A DNA stretch of 64,000 nucleotides from an uncultured Chloroflexia bacterium (GTDB lineage: Bacteria; Chloroflexota; Limnocylindria; Limnocylindrales; CSP1-4), in NCBI GenBank assembly GCA_963776925.1, contig CAVZON010000007.1:141158-205157 (forward strand), given 5' to 3'. Below are positions 13,460-23,262 of this stretch, one piece after another. Positions within the stretch are counted from its first letter, which is position 1. Every line of letters begins with the position of its first letter. The notes beneath the pieces are model-generated. The model ran no database searches. It worked only from the letters and a program-made list of their open reading frames with translations, and was not told the DNA's origin. The translations under genes were made by a program, and so were the position numbers.

Positions 13460-14418
13460 CCGCGGCCTCGATCCAGCCGGTCGGCGACGGGCCGGATCGA
13501 GCGGCCTTCGTCGCCATCATCAACGCGGTCACGCCGGACGACCCGTCGGCACTCGACCAGCTCGATTGGGAGGACGCCACGTACCCGGGCTCGGTCCGGT
13601 TCCTGGCACGGCTCGGTGACCGGGTCGTGGGGGCCGCCACGACGGGACGGATCCACGTCCTGCCGCCTGACTACCCCGACTACTGGGCGTCGGTCGTGGT
13701 CGACCCCGACGTGCGCCGCCAGGGAATCGGCGGCGCGCTCCTCACGGCGGTCTCGGCCGTGGCAGCGTCGGCGGGCAAATCCGGACTCCAGCTGCGTGCC
13801 TGGGAGCACCGCCCGGAGGGCATCGCGTTCCTCGAGCACCGCGGCTTCCGCGAGTACGAGCGGGCCCGCATGGTCCGCCTGTCGCTGGCGGGCCTCGCCC
13901 GCCCGACCGTCACCCCGCCAGACGGCATCCACCTCACCACGCTGGCCGACCGCCCTGAGCTCGTCGCCCGGGTGCACGACATCGCCCTCGAGACCTTCGA
14001 CGACATCCCCGGTGGCGACGAGCCGATGGCCGCCGGCGACCTGGCCGAGTTCCGCGCCCGCGACGTCGATCGACCGGGCATCCCGGCCGACGGCTTCTTC
14101 CTGGCCATCGACGACGCGACCGGCGACGCCGTCGGCTACGCCAGTCTCATCTTCCTGCCCGGCTCCACGACCGTCGCGTGGCACGACATGACCGCGGTCC
14201 GCCGGGCGTTCCGTGGCCGGGGCCTGGCGACGGTCCTCAAGCTGGCCACGATCGGCTGGGCCATCGACCACGGGCTGGAGGCCCTCGAGACCGGCAACGA
14301 CGTCGACAACGCCCCGATGCGGGCGGTCAATGGCCGTCTGGGCTACGCGCCCCTGCCGGATGAGCTGACGATGCGCGGACCGCTCGTCGGCGTGCCGGCC
14401 CCGGACGGGGCATCATGA
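13456..14418 (+). CDS. GNAT family N-acetyltransferase with two GNAT-like halves
   Basis: ATGA overlap with the preceding gene. Acetyl-CoA motifs VDPDVRRQGIGGALL and VRRAFRGRGLATVL occur in two successive halves. Intact, 320 aa. Confidence 0.8.
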   Translation: MTAASIQPVGDGPDRAAFVAIINAVTPDDPSALDQLDWEDATYPGSVRFLARLGDRVVGAATTGRIHVLPPDYPDYWASVVVDPDVRRQGIGGALLTAVSAVAASAGKSGLQLRAWEHRPEGIAFLEHRGFREYERARMVRLSLAGLARPTVTPPDGIHLTTLADRPELVARVHDIALETFDDIPGGDEPMAAGDLAEFRARDVDRPGIPADGFFLAIDDATGDAVGYASLIFLPGSTTVAWHDMTAVRRAFRGRGLATVLKLATIGWAIDHGLEALETGNDVDNAPMRAVNGRLGYAPLPDELTMRGPLVGVPAPDGAS

Positions 14419-14666
14419 CCGCCGTGACCGAACCGCTCGCCGCACCGCCCCCGGTCGATCCCGACGACCCGCGCCACGCCATCGCCCGGGCCAAGGGCCT
14501 CGAGCAGCCGGTCATCACCGGCGGTGAGGATCCCGATCCCGGCCCTGCCCTCGAGGTCGATCGGCACTACGGCAAGCTGCTGCTGGCGATGGTCCTGATC
14601 ATCATCGCGTCGGGCTTCGTCATCGGCATCGCCCTCGCCCTCATCGGTCCCCCCGGTGGCCGCTGA
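14415..14666 (+). CDS. small single-TM membrane protein (83 aa), hypothetical
   Basis: ATGA overlap with the GNAT stop. GC3 is high. One clear TM helix (LLLAMVLIIIASGFVIGIALALIG). Confidence 0.55.
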   Translation: MTAVTEPLAAPPPVDPDDPRHAIARAKGLEQPVITGGEDPDPGPALEVDRHYGKLLLAMVLIIIASGFVIGIALALIGPPGGR

Positions 14667-16113
14667 CACGGCGGCCGCAGACACGGCGGCCGCGTCGCGA
14701 CCGTCGGACGCGGTCTCCGTGGCGACCTGGGACGCCGCCCACGCCAGCCTCATCGAGACGCTCCGGGCGCTCATCCGCATCCCGTCGGTCAATCCGCCAC
14801 CGACCGTCGGCGCCGACGGCGAGACGCGGGTCGCCCGCTACCTGGCCGACCGCCTGACCGCCCTCGGCCTCGAGCCGGAGCTGCTGGAGACCGTGCCCGG
14901 CCGCGCCTCGGTCCACGTCCGCCTGCGCGGGGACGGCACCGGTGGCGACCCGTTCCTGCTCCTGTCGCATCTCGACGTCGTGCCGGCCCCGCCCGATCGA
15001 TGGACCCACGACCCGTTCGCGGGCGAGGTCGCGGATGGCTACGTCTACGGCCGCGGCGCGGTCGACATGAAGGGCATGATCGCCCTCGAGCTCGGCGTCA
15101 TCGAGCGCCTCGTGGCCGAGGCGAGGGACGCCGGCCTGGACCCGGCCCGCGATCCGATCCCCGGGCTTCGTCGCGATGTCCTGTTCACCAGCGCCTCCGA
15201 CGAGGAGGCCGGTGGCGAGGCGGGGGTCAAGGCCATCGCCGTGCACCATCCGGAGTGGCTCCGGGCGGCAGGCGCCGTCAACGAGGCCGGCGGCGTGTCG
15301 ATGACCGTGGCCGGTCGCCGGCTGTACCCGATCCAGGTCGCCGAGAAGGGCTTCACCCCGCTGGAGATCCACGTCCGGGGCACGTGGGGTCACGGCTCCA
15401 TGCCGCGCGAGGACAACGCGGCCGTGCTCGCGGCCCGAGTGGTCGAGCGGCTCGCGGCGCCCGGCCCGATCACGGTCACCCCGGTCATGGCCGAGTTCCT
15501 CGACGCGGCGAGCGCGGCCCTCCCGGCGACCACCGCTCGCGTGCTTCGTCGGCTGGCCGATGGCGACCCGGAGGCGGACGCCGAGCTCGACCGGCTGTGC
15601 GAGCCGACGTACGCCCGCATCGTGCGCGCGCTGCTCCGCGACACGCTCTCGCCGGACGTCATCCACGCCGGCGTGAAGTACAACGTGATCCCGGGTGACG
15701 CCATCGTCCAGGTCGACGTCCGGGTCCTGCCGGGCATGACCGAGGCCGCCGCCCGGGCGATGGTCGAGGCCCGCATCGGGCCGGAGCTGCTCGAGGCCTG
15801 CACCATCGAGCTCATCGTCTGGGGTGCACCGGTCGCCTCGCCGGCCTCGGGGCCGCTGTGGGACGTCCTGTGCGACACGATCCGCGACCACGACCCGGAG
15901 GGTGTCCCGTTGCCGATCATGGCGCCGTTCGGCACGGACGCGAAGACGACCGTCCCGCTGGGCACGCCGACGTACGGCTTCTCGCCGCTCCGACTCGCCC
16001 CGGACGAGCACTTCCTGGATCGGTTCCACGCGGTCGACGAGCGCGTCGGCATCGACGCCCTGCGCTTCGGGCTCCCGGTCCTGTACGACGTCACCCGCCG
16101 CTTCTGCGGTTGA
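14656..16113 (+). CDS. M20 family metallopeptidase (dipeptidase/deacylase type)
   Basis: Motifs: LLSHLDVVPA, GRGAVDMKG, TSASDEEAGGEAG, HVRGTWGHGSMP. Intact, 485 aa. GTG start overlaps the preceding ORF by 11 nt. Confidence 0.85.
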   Translation: MAADTAAADTAAASRPSDAVSVATWDAAHASLIETLRALIRIPSVNPPPTVGADGETRVARYLADRLTALGLEPELLETVPGRASVHVRLRGDGTGGDPFLLLSHLDVVPAPPDRWTHDPFAGEVADGYVYGRGAVDMKGMIALELGVIERLVAEARDAGLDPARDPIPGLRRDVLFTSASDEEAGGEAGVKAIAVHHPEWLRAAGAVNEAGGVSMTVAGRRLYPIQVAEKGFTPLEIHVRGTWGHGSMPREDNAAVLAARVVERLAAPGPITVTPVMAEFLDAASAALPATTARVLRRLADGDPEADAELDRLCEPTYARIVRALLRDTLSPDVIHAGVKYNVIPGDAIVQVDVRVLPGMTEAAARAMVEARIGPELLEACTIELIVWGAPVASPASGPLWDVLCDTIRDHDPEGVPLPIMAPFGTDAKTTVPLGTPTYGFSPLRLAPDEHFLDRFHAVDERVGIDALRFGLPVLYDVTRRFCG

Positions 16114-16273
16114 CCGACCCCGCTCGATAAGGCACCGGTGCGGCACGGTCCGCCCAAGATCGGGTGCCGGCGGCCGCCGCGATAAGGCGTCGCACGATGG
16201 CAGCGCCCTCCTTTCCGACGAGCATCGGTATCGACGGATGAGCCCCGTCCGAGCTCTCAGGAAGGAGTCCACG

Positions 16274-16462
16274 ATGGACCGCTACGCACGACGCCAGCAC
16301 TTCGAACGCCTCTGCGGGATGCGAGACCGCTACGCCAGCCTGGGTCCCGACGACACGGTCTGGATCATCACCATCGCCGACGTCATCGAGTGGGCCAGCG
16401 AGCAGCTGGCGACCGAGTCAGTGCCGTCAGCGAACGACGAGACGCCGCGCGACGCCGCCTGA
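16274..16462 (+). CDS. hypothetical small protein (62 aa)
   Basis: ATG preceded by GGAAGGAG 6 nt upstream. No recognisable family. Confidence 0.5.
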   Translation: MDRYARRQHFERLCGMRDRYASLGPDDTVWIITIADVIEWASEQLATESVPSANDETPRDAA

Positions 16463-16492
16463 GCGATCAGGCAGCGTCGCCGGACGCTCTGC

Positions 16493-16915
16493 TCACTCGC
16501 CGCGCTTCGACAGGAGCGTGCCGCTCGAGTTGCGGAGATAGGCGTACTCGGTGCCGCTGTTGTTCCAGACGGCGCCGTACGACCGGCCCCAGTAGCGGGT
16601 TGTGGTCGTGTTGCTGCCGACACCCGTCTTCAAGGTGATCGAGGCGCCCGGCTTGATCTTGACCCCTGTCGCGAACCGATAGGTGTGCTTCCGTCCGTAG
16701 TCATGGATCGACCACGCCGACAGCGACTTCGTGGTGGAGCAGTAGTTCTTGATCCGGACCCACTCCCCGTTGGTGTTGTAGTTGTCGTCGCCCGAGGCGT
16801 TGAAGTTCGTCGCGCTGAAGCGAACGCACGAGGCGGCGGATGTCGGCGCGGCCTGGACGGCACCGACGCCGAGCAGGGCGACGAGCGCGACGAGGCCGAT
16901 GAGTAGACGGGACAT
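16493..16915 (-). CDS. secreted lamin-tail-domain (LTD) protein
   Basis: Signal peptide MSRLLIGLVALVALLGVGAVQA. LTD pattern: NFNASGDDNYNTNGEWVRIKNY, WSIHD, YRFATGVKIKPGASITLKTG, YWGRSYGAVWNNSGTEYAYLRNSSG. RBS AAGGAGAG. Visibly less GC-rich than its neighbours. Confidence 0.8.
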   Translation of the reverse strand: MSRLLIGLVALVALLGVGAVQAAPTSAASCVRFSATNFNASGDDNYNTNGEWVRIKNYCSTTKSLSAWSIHDYGRKHTYRFATGVKIKPGASITLKTGVGSNTTTTRYWGRSYGAVWNNSGTEYAYLRNSSGTLLSKRGE

Positions 16916-16977
16916 GGTTCTCTCCTTGTTAGGTCGAATGGTGTGGATGGACGCCGACGACGGGGACGGCGCCGGCC

Positions 16978-17889
16978 TTAGTTGCTCTCGCAGCCGCGGC
17001 CGTCGTGGTCGGAGCCGTCGAAGCGGTACTCGTCCGGGCCGATGACCTCGACCGGGAAGTCGATGTCGCCGCAGTCCAGATCCCCGGCGACATCCGGGAC
17101 GCACGGTCGATAGGACGGATGGCAGCCGGCCTCGACCGGTTCCTCGGGTTGCGACGTTGCCGCGGGCGCGCTGTCGTCGCCCTCAGACCCGATCACGTCC
17201 TCCAGCGGCAGGTCGACCCGACCGTCGCAGCGGGCCCAGATGCCGCGGTGGCCGCTCCGGGCCGCTTCGGCGGCCGCGTCGAATTCGTCCGCGTGCGTGC
17301 TCGGGTCCTCGTAGATGTAGTGGATCCCGAAGCCCTGGTCGATGGCCTCGCTCGCGTAGAGCACGTCGCCGACATGGACGTGCGCCAGGAGCCGGTCATA
17401 GCGGTCCCGCTCGTCCTGGGTCGGGTCGAGCTCCAGGCCGACGGACTGCCCCTCGAGCGTTCGCCTGGCGAAGGCGGTCGCCTCCGCCCCGTAGCAGGCC
17501 TCGGGCTGGCTCGGGTGGACGACCTCGGGCGTGTCGAGTCCGATGATCCGGACGGTCTCCCGGCCGGTGGCAAGGTCGACGCGGATGGTGTCGCCATCGA
17601 CCACCTCGGTCACCGTGCCCGAGAGCATCGCCACCGACGGCGCAGTGGGCGCCGCTGACGGGGTCGGTGCCAGCGAGGGTGTCCCGGTCGGGGACGGCGT
17701 CGGCATCGCGACATCGTCGTTCGGGGTGAGCTCAGGGGTCGGGGAGACGGGCTGCGGATCCGGTGTCGTGGTCGAGAGGACCGTCGAGGAGGCGATCGTC
17801 GCCGTCCCCTCGTCCGGGCTACCGCCGACGAGGGCCGCGGCGACGACGAGTGTGGCGACGACGACCAGGGCGAGACGCTTGCGTGACAT
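16978..17889 (-). CDS. secreted thermonuclease (SNase-like) with C-terminal Excalibur-like Ca-binding motif
   Basis: N-terminal TM/signal segment (RLALVVVATLVVAAALVGG) and a Pro/Thr/Ser linker. SNase core: VVDGDTIRV, VRIIGLDTPE, YGAEATAFARRTLEGQSVGLELD, RDRYDRLLAHV. C-terminal motif: FDGSDHDGRGCE. Intact. Confidence 0.85.
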   Translation of the reverse strand: MSRKRLALVVVATLVVAAALVGGSPDEGTATIASSTVLSTTTPDPQPVSPTPELTPNDDVAMPTPSPTGTPSLAPTPSAAPTAPSVAMLSGTVTEVVDGDTIRVDLATGRETVRIIGLDTPEVVHPSQPEACYGAEATAFARRTLEGQSVGLELDPTQDERDRYDRLLAHVHVGDVLYASEAIDQGFGIHYIYEDPSTHADEFDAAAEAARSGHRGIWARCDGRVDLPLEDVIGSEGDDSAPAATSQPEEPVEAGCHPSYRPCVPDVAGDLDCGDIDFPVEVIGPDEYRFDGSDHDGRGCESN

Positions 17890-18018
17890 CGATGGAGGGA
17901 CTCCGAGTGCTGAGGATCGATGTCACAAGGGTCTCGTCCGGATACTGCCGCGACCATTGCCGGGACCGGCAGACTCGCGGGCAGCAGATTGCCGACATGG
18001 CGAAGCCTGGGGCTGGGT

Positions 18019-18603
18019 TCAGGTCCCGGGTTCGCGGTTCGCGCGGATCAGTCGGCCCCGCCGGCTGATGGCGTGCGTGGCCAGCGCCGCGACGCCCATC
18101 GCCACGACCGCACGCTCGGCCGTCGGCAACGGCCGCACGGCGCCGAGGAACTGCTCGGCCCGGGCCCGGTCGACGACGCGCAGGATGGCGTGACCGCGCG
18201 GGGTCAGGCGCAGGATCTTCTGCCGCCGGTCGGCCTCCTCGGGCTGCCGTTCGACGAAGCGTCGCCGGACCAGGCCGTCGATGAGCCGGCTCGTCGCCGA
18301 CGGGGAGCGATTGATCGCCTCGGCCAGCTCACCGACCGTCAGCGTCGAGCCGTCGGCCAGGACGTACAGGGCGGCCAGCTGGGTGAAGCCGAGGCGCAGG
18401 TCGCCAAGCTGGCTGGCGAAGCCGATGACGAGCTCGCGCCAGAGCGCCCGACCCATCGCCACGCGCTCGCTGATCTGGCGCACGTTGGTGATGCGCGTGC
18501 CGGCCGCCAGGACCGGTGCCGACAGGTCCGCCTCGAAGCGTCGCGCGATCGCCCGACGCGGGGCCGGACGCGTGGAAGGACGAGTCGGACGTGGGTCGGC
18601 CAT
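18019..18603 (-). CDS. MarR family transcriptional regulator
   Basis: LTVGELAEAINRSPSATSRLIDGLVRRRFVERQPEEADRRQKILRLTPRG winged-helix core. Intact. Divergent from fabD. Confidence 0.85.
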   Translation of the reverse strand: MADPRPTRPSTRPAPRRAIARRFEADLSAPVLAAGTRITNVRQISERVAMGRALWRELVIGFASQLGDLRLGFTQLAALYVLADGSTLTVGELAEAINRSPSATSRLIDGLVRRRFVERQPEEADRRQKILRLTPRGHAILRVVDRARAEQFLGAVRPLPTAERAVVAMGVAALATHAISRRGRLIRANREPGT

Positions 18604-18662
18604 ACATGCAAGTGTGCACGTGAATCGGCCTCCGCGCCAGTGTCGCGACTACGCTCTCGGCG

Positions 18663-19627
18663 ATGCCACCGATCGCCTTCGTGTTCCCCGGCCAGGGCTC
18701 GCAAACGGTGGGCATGGGCCGGGATCTCGCCGCGTCCTCGACCGCTGCCGCGGCCGTCTATGCCACGGCCGACGCCGCCCTCGGGGAGTCCATCAGCACG
18801 CTCGCGTGGGAGGGCCCGGCCGACCTGCTGGACCTGACCGAGCACGCGCAGCCCGCCCTGCTCGCCACATCGATCGCGATCCTCGACGCCTGGCGCGAGC
18901 GAGCCGAGGCGGTCGGCGCCGTCGCTGCCGGCCCCGGCCTTCGCGGCCGGCCACTCGATGGGCCAGTACTCGGCATTCGTCGCCAGCTGGCGTCATCTCG
19001 CTGGCCGACGGCGTCCGGCTGGTCCGGCGACGCGGGGAGCTGATGCAGGCGTCCGGCGAGGGTCGGGACGGCGCGATGGCCGCGCTCATCGGCCTCGACG
19101 ACGCTCGACTCCCCGAGCTCGTCAGCGCGGCATCGGCGCACGGCACGTTCGTCGTCGCCAATCGCAATGCCCCGGGCCAGGTCGTCGTCTCCGGCGAGCG
19201 TCCGGCGATCGAGGCTGGTGCGGCGATCGCCAGGGAGCTCGGCGCGAAGCGGGCGATCGTCCTGCCGGTCAGCGTGGCGGCCCACTCGCCGCTCATGGCC
19301 GAGGCCGCCGAGGCGATGCGCGCGGAGCTCGCCGACGTCGCCTTCCACGACCCGACCACGACCCTGCTGGCCAACGCCGACGGCCACCCGATCACGACCG
19401 CCGACGGCGCCCGAGCCGAGCTCGTGGAGCACCTGACCGCGGGCGTCGACTGGGTCGGCGCGGTCGGCCGGATGACCGCAGCCGGCGTGACCACCTTCGT
19501 CGAGGTCGGGCCGGGCAAGGTCCTGACCGGCCTCATCAAACGCATCGCCCCGGACGCCGAGGTGGTCCCCGCGGACGACCCGGCCGCCGCCGATCGACTG
19601 CTCGACCTGGCCGCTTCGGCGGTCTGA
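18663..19627 (+). CDS. fabD: malonyl CoA-ACP transacylase; 2 frame breaks (about 18940 and 18990)
   Basis: IAFVFPGQGSQTVGMG, AQPALLATSIA, GHSMGQYSAFVAS, NAPGQVVVSG, VSVAAHSPLM, FVEVGPGKVLTGL. Confidence 0.9.
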
Positions 19628-19650
19628 CCGATCCAGGAGGACACCACCCC

Positions 19651-20926
19651 ATGCGTCGACCCGACTACGACCGCCGCGTCGTCGTGACCGGTCTCGGGGT
19701 CATCAGCCCCGTCGGCAACGACACGGCCACGGTCTGGTCCAACCTCGTCAACGGGGTCTCCGGCCTGGACACCATCACCCGGTTCGATCCGGGACCGTAC
19801 GAGGCCAAGCTCGCCGGCGAGGTCCGCGACTTCGTCGCCAGCGACTGGATGGACGCGAAGGCCGCCCGACGGAGCGAGAGCAGCCTGCACTTCGGGGTCG
19901 CGGCCGCGAAGCAGTCCCTCGCCGACTCGGGCTTCGAGCTGACCGACGAGAACCGGACCGAGGTCGGTGTCATCTTCGGCTCGGGCGCAGGCGGCCAGAC
20001 GCTGATGATCGAGAACTACAGCAGCCTCCACGAGCGCGGGCCGCGGACCGTCGCCCCGACGTTCATCGCCAACGCCCTGGTCGACTCGTGCTCGGGGATG
20101 ATCGCCATCGAGACCGGGCGCGATCGGCCACAACATGTGCGTCGTGTCGGCCTGTGCGACCGGCACCCACAACGTCGGCGAGGCGGCGGAGGCGATCCGC
20201 CGCGGCGACTGCATCGCGGTCATCGCCGGCTCGACCGAGGCCCCGCTGCTCGAGGTCGGGCACGCCGGCTTCTCGAACATGCGCGGGATGGGCATGCCCC
20301 GACCCGGCGAGGCGCCGCAGACCGTGTCGCGGCCGTTCGACGCGACCCGCGACGGGTTCGTCCTGGGCGAAGGCTCGGGCAGCCTGTTCCTGGAGGACCT
20401 CGAGCTGGCCAAGGCCCGCGGTGCGCGGATCTACGCCGAGGTCGTCGGCTACGGCTCGGCCGCCGACGGGTGGGACATGATCCAGCCGATCGACGCCGGC
20501 ATCGGCTCAGCCCGGGCGATGCAGATGGCCCTCGAGCGGCGGGGCGTCCCGGCCGACGAGGTCGACCTCATCAACCCGCATGGCACGTCCACGCCGCTCG
20601 GCGACAAGCGCGAGGCCGAGGCCATCCACACCGTGTTCGGATCGCGCGCATCCCGCGACGCCAGGTCGCTCGCGATCAGCGGCACGAAGTCGATGACCGG
20701 GCACCTGATGGGCGCTGCCGGCGCGTTCGAGGCGTTCGCGACCGTCAAGTCGATCGCCGAGCAGTGCGTCCCGGGCACGATCAACTATCGCGACTACGAC
20801 CCGGAGTGCGACGTGTGGGTCGCCGCCGAGACGCAGTCGATGCCCATCCGCTACGCGCTCTCGAACAACATCGGCCTCGGCGGCCACAACGGCGCCATCA
20901 TCTTCAAGCGCTACGACGGTGACTGA
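19651..20926 (+). CDS. fabF: beta-ketoacyl-ACP synthase II (KAS I/II family); 1 frame break near 20116
   Basis: RBS AGGAGG at 19635-19640. RVVVTGLGVISPVGN, and after the frame change VVSACATGTHNVGEA (active-site Cys), NPHGTSTPLGDKRE, SGTKSMTGHLMGAAG, NNIGLGGHNGA. Starts 24 nt after fabD with no ACP gene between them. Confidence 0.9.
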
Positions 20927-21418
20927 TCAGCCAGCATCCAGGCGCTCGATGAGGCGGAACCACTCGCAGACCACGGCGGTCGATGTCGTGATCGCGAAGT
21001 CGGGGTCGTGAAGCGCACGCCGATAGGCATCGAGGTACGTCGCCCAGGATCCCTCGTGGGCGATGCGCCAGGCCGTCGCGTCGGCATAGCCCTCGCCCTC
21101 GGCCTCGGCGAACGCGTCATCGACCAGGCCGACGGTCCACAGCCGCCAGGCGGTCGTCTCGACGATGGCGACCGGCTGCAGGTCCGACCCGAAGACGACC
21201 GACCGCTCGCCGACGGTCGGCAGCCGAGCCCCGTCGATGATGTAGTCGACGACGAGCGACGTCGTCGCCGTCTTCTCGCCGGCCAGGACCGCGGCCGTCA
21301 GCTCGTCGCGCACCGGACCGGGGTCGGCGAAGCCGAACGCGGGCATGCCCAGCAGCTCGGTCGGTTCATCCGGCCAGTCGGAGCGGGGCGCGTCCGGGTC
21401 GGTCATGCCGTCTACCAT
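20927..21418 (-). CDS. ASCH domain protein
   Basis: FGFADPGPVRDELTAAVLAGEKTATTSL, VVFGSDLQPVAIVETT, FAEAEGEGY. Start ATG could be 21418 or 21406. Confidence 0.7.
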   Translation of the reverse strand: MVDGMTDPDAPRSDWPDEPTELLGMPAFGFADPGPVRDELTAAVLAGEKTATTSLVVDYIIDGARLPTVGERSVVFGSDLQPVAIVETTAWRLWTVGLVDDAFAEAEGEGYADATAWRIAHEGSWATYLDAYRRALHDPDFAITTSTAVVCEWFRLIERLDAG

Positions 21419-21479
21419 GCCACGACGCATTGGGTACCATCGCCTCCCGGCGACAGACCACCCAGGTTGGAGGGAACAC

Positions 21480-22746
21480 GTGCCTGAGCGCGACCCCGCG
21501 CGTCGTGCGGTCATCACCGGCCTCGGCGCGGTGATGCCCATCGGGAACGACTTCCCGACGTACTGGGCGAACCTCCAGGCCGGGCGTGACCGGGACCCGG
21601 ACGATCCAGAGCTTCGACGCGTCGCACCACGAGGTCCGCATCGCCGCGGAGGTCCTCGACTTCGATCCGACGACGGTCATGGACGCCAAGATGGCCCGCC
21701 GGATGAGCCGCTTCATCCACTTCGCGATGGCCGCCGGCAAGGAAGCGGTCGCCGATTCCGGCATCGACTTCAGCGCGATGGACGAGGACCAGCGCGACCG
21801 GGTCGGCGTCGTCGTCAACACCGGCGGTGGCGGCATCGAGCAGATCATCGACGGGACCCATATCCACGACCAGAAGGGGCCGCGCTTCGTCTCGCCGTTC
21901 GCGGTGCCGGCGCTGTCGGGCTCGATGGGCGCGGCGATGCTCTCGATGGAGTGGGGCCTGACCGGCCCGGTCATGACCCAGGTCGCCGCCTGTGCCACGT
22001 CGGTCATCGCCTTCCACGACGCGCTCCGCCTCATCCGCGACGACGAGTGCGACGTCGTCCTGACCGGCGGCTCCGAAGCCCCGGTCTGGCCGATGGGCGT
22101 GGCCGCCCTGGCCAACATGACGGCCCTGTCCAAGCGCAACGACGATCCGGCCACGGCATCGCGTCCGTTCGACCGGACGCGCGACGGCTTCGTCCTCGGC
22201 GAGGGCGGCGGCGTGGTCGTCGTCGAGTCGCTGGCCCACGCCCTCGCGCGCGGGGCGACCCCCATCGCCGAGATCATCGGTGGCGCGCTGACCGCGGACG
22301 CCTTCCACATCAGCGCCCCTGAACCGACCGGCCGCGGCCAGGCTCGGGCCATGACCCTGGCCCTCAAGCGCAGCGGCGTCGCCCCGGACGAGGTCGACTA
22401 CATCGTCGCCCACGGCACGGCCACGCCACTCAACGACATGACCGAGACGAAGGCGATCAAGGCCGCGTACGGCGCGCATGCCTACAAGGTCGCGATCAGC
22501 TCCCCGAAGTCGATGATCGGTCACCTCGTCGGCGCGGCGGGCATCGCCAGCGCGCTGGCCGGGATCGGGGCGATCCGCGACCAGGTCATCCCGCCGACGG
22601 CCAACCTGCACACGCCCGATCCGGAGTGCGACCTGGACTACGTCCCGCTGGTCAAGCGGCCGGCGAAGGTCGACACGGTCGCCATCGACGGCTTCGGGTT
22701 CGGCGGGCAGAACGCGGTCACCATCCTGCGACGCGTCGTCGACTGA
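21480..22746 (+). CDS. fabF: beta-ketoacyl-ACP synthase II paralogue; 1 frame break near 21585
   Basis: GTG 21480 with GGAGGGA upstream. RRAVITGLGAVMPIGN, VAACATSVIAFHDA, AHGTATPLNDMTE, SSPKSMIGHLVGAAG, DGFGFGGQNAV. Confidence 0.9.
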
Positions 22747-22766
22747 GGCTCGCGCCGGCGACGGGG

Positions 22767-23258
22767 TCAGGCGCGGAGCGCGCGGCCCTCGAAGGCCTCG
22801 ATCGCGGCGACGAACTCGGGCGAGATCGGGGTCGGCCGCTCGGTCGCGTAGTCGTAGCGGACCATGACCGACTCGCTCACGGCCACGAGTCGGGGCGTAC
22901 CGCCAGGCGGGCACGCCGTCAGGCGATGCTCCAGGGTGAAGCTGGACGACCCGATCCGGGTCGTGCGGGTCTCGACGGTGACCTGCTCGGTGTGGAAGAC
23001 CGGAGCGCGGTAGGCGATGCGCGCCTCGGCCAGGATGAGGCTCTCGGCACCCTCGTGGCCGGCCGCCACCGGCTCGCCGGTCACGTCGGTCCAGTACTGG
23101 ATCCGAGCCGCCTCGCAGTAGGTCAGGTAGACCGCGTTGTTGACGTGGCCCATCGCGTCGGTGTCGGCGAAGCGGACGTCGAGCGTGATCCGGTGGCGGA
23201 ACGGCCCGGCCAGGTCGCGCGGGTCCGGCGCGGTCTCGATCCGATCGGCGATGGCCAT
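22767..23258 (-). CDS. acyl-CoA thioesterase, hotdog fold (4HBT/YbgC-like)
   Basis: VRFADTDAMGHVNNAVYLTYCEAARIQYW. Intact, 163 aa. Confidence 0.8.
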   Translation of the reverse strand: MAIADRIETAPDPRDLAGPFRHRITLDVRFADTDAMGHVNNAVYLTYCEAARIQYWTDVTGEPVAAGHEGAESLILAEARIAYRAPVFHTEQVTVETRTTRIGSSSFTLEHRLTACPPGGTPRLVAVSESVMVRYDYATERPTPISPEFVAAIEAFEGRALRA

Positions 23259-23262
23259 GCCG

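Noticed and set aside
14664-14693. Short tandem duplication GACACGGCGGCCGC x2 at the 5' end of the M20 gene
   Set aside because: It lies in frame, encodes ADTAA-ADTAA in a low-complexity N-terminal tail, and looks like simple slippage. No further significance can be supported.
16125-16188. Direct repeat CGATAAGGC at 16125-16133 and 16180-16188, between the M20 gene and the small ORF
   Set aside because: Only two 9-nt copies exist, with no dyad symmetry or further copies seen. This could be chance, and there is not enough to call it a regulatory site.
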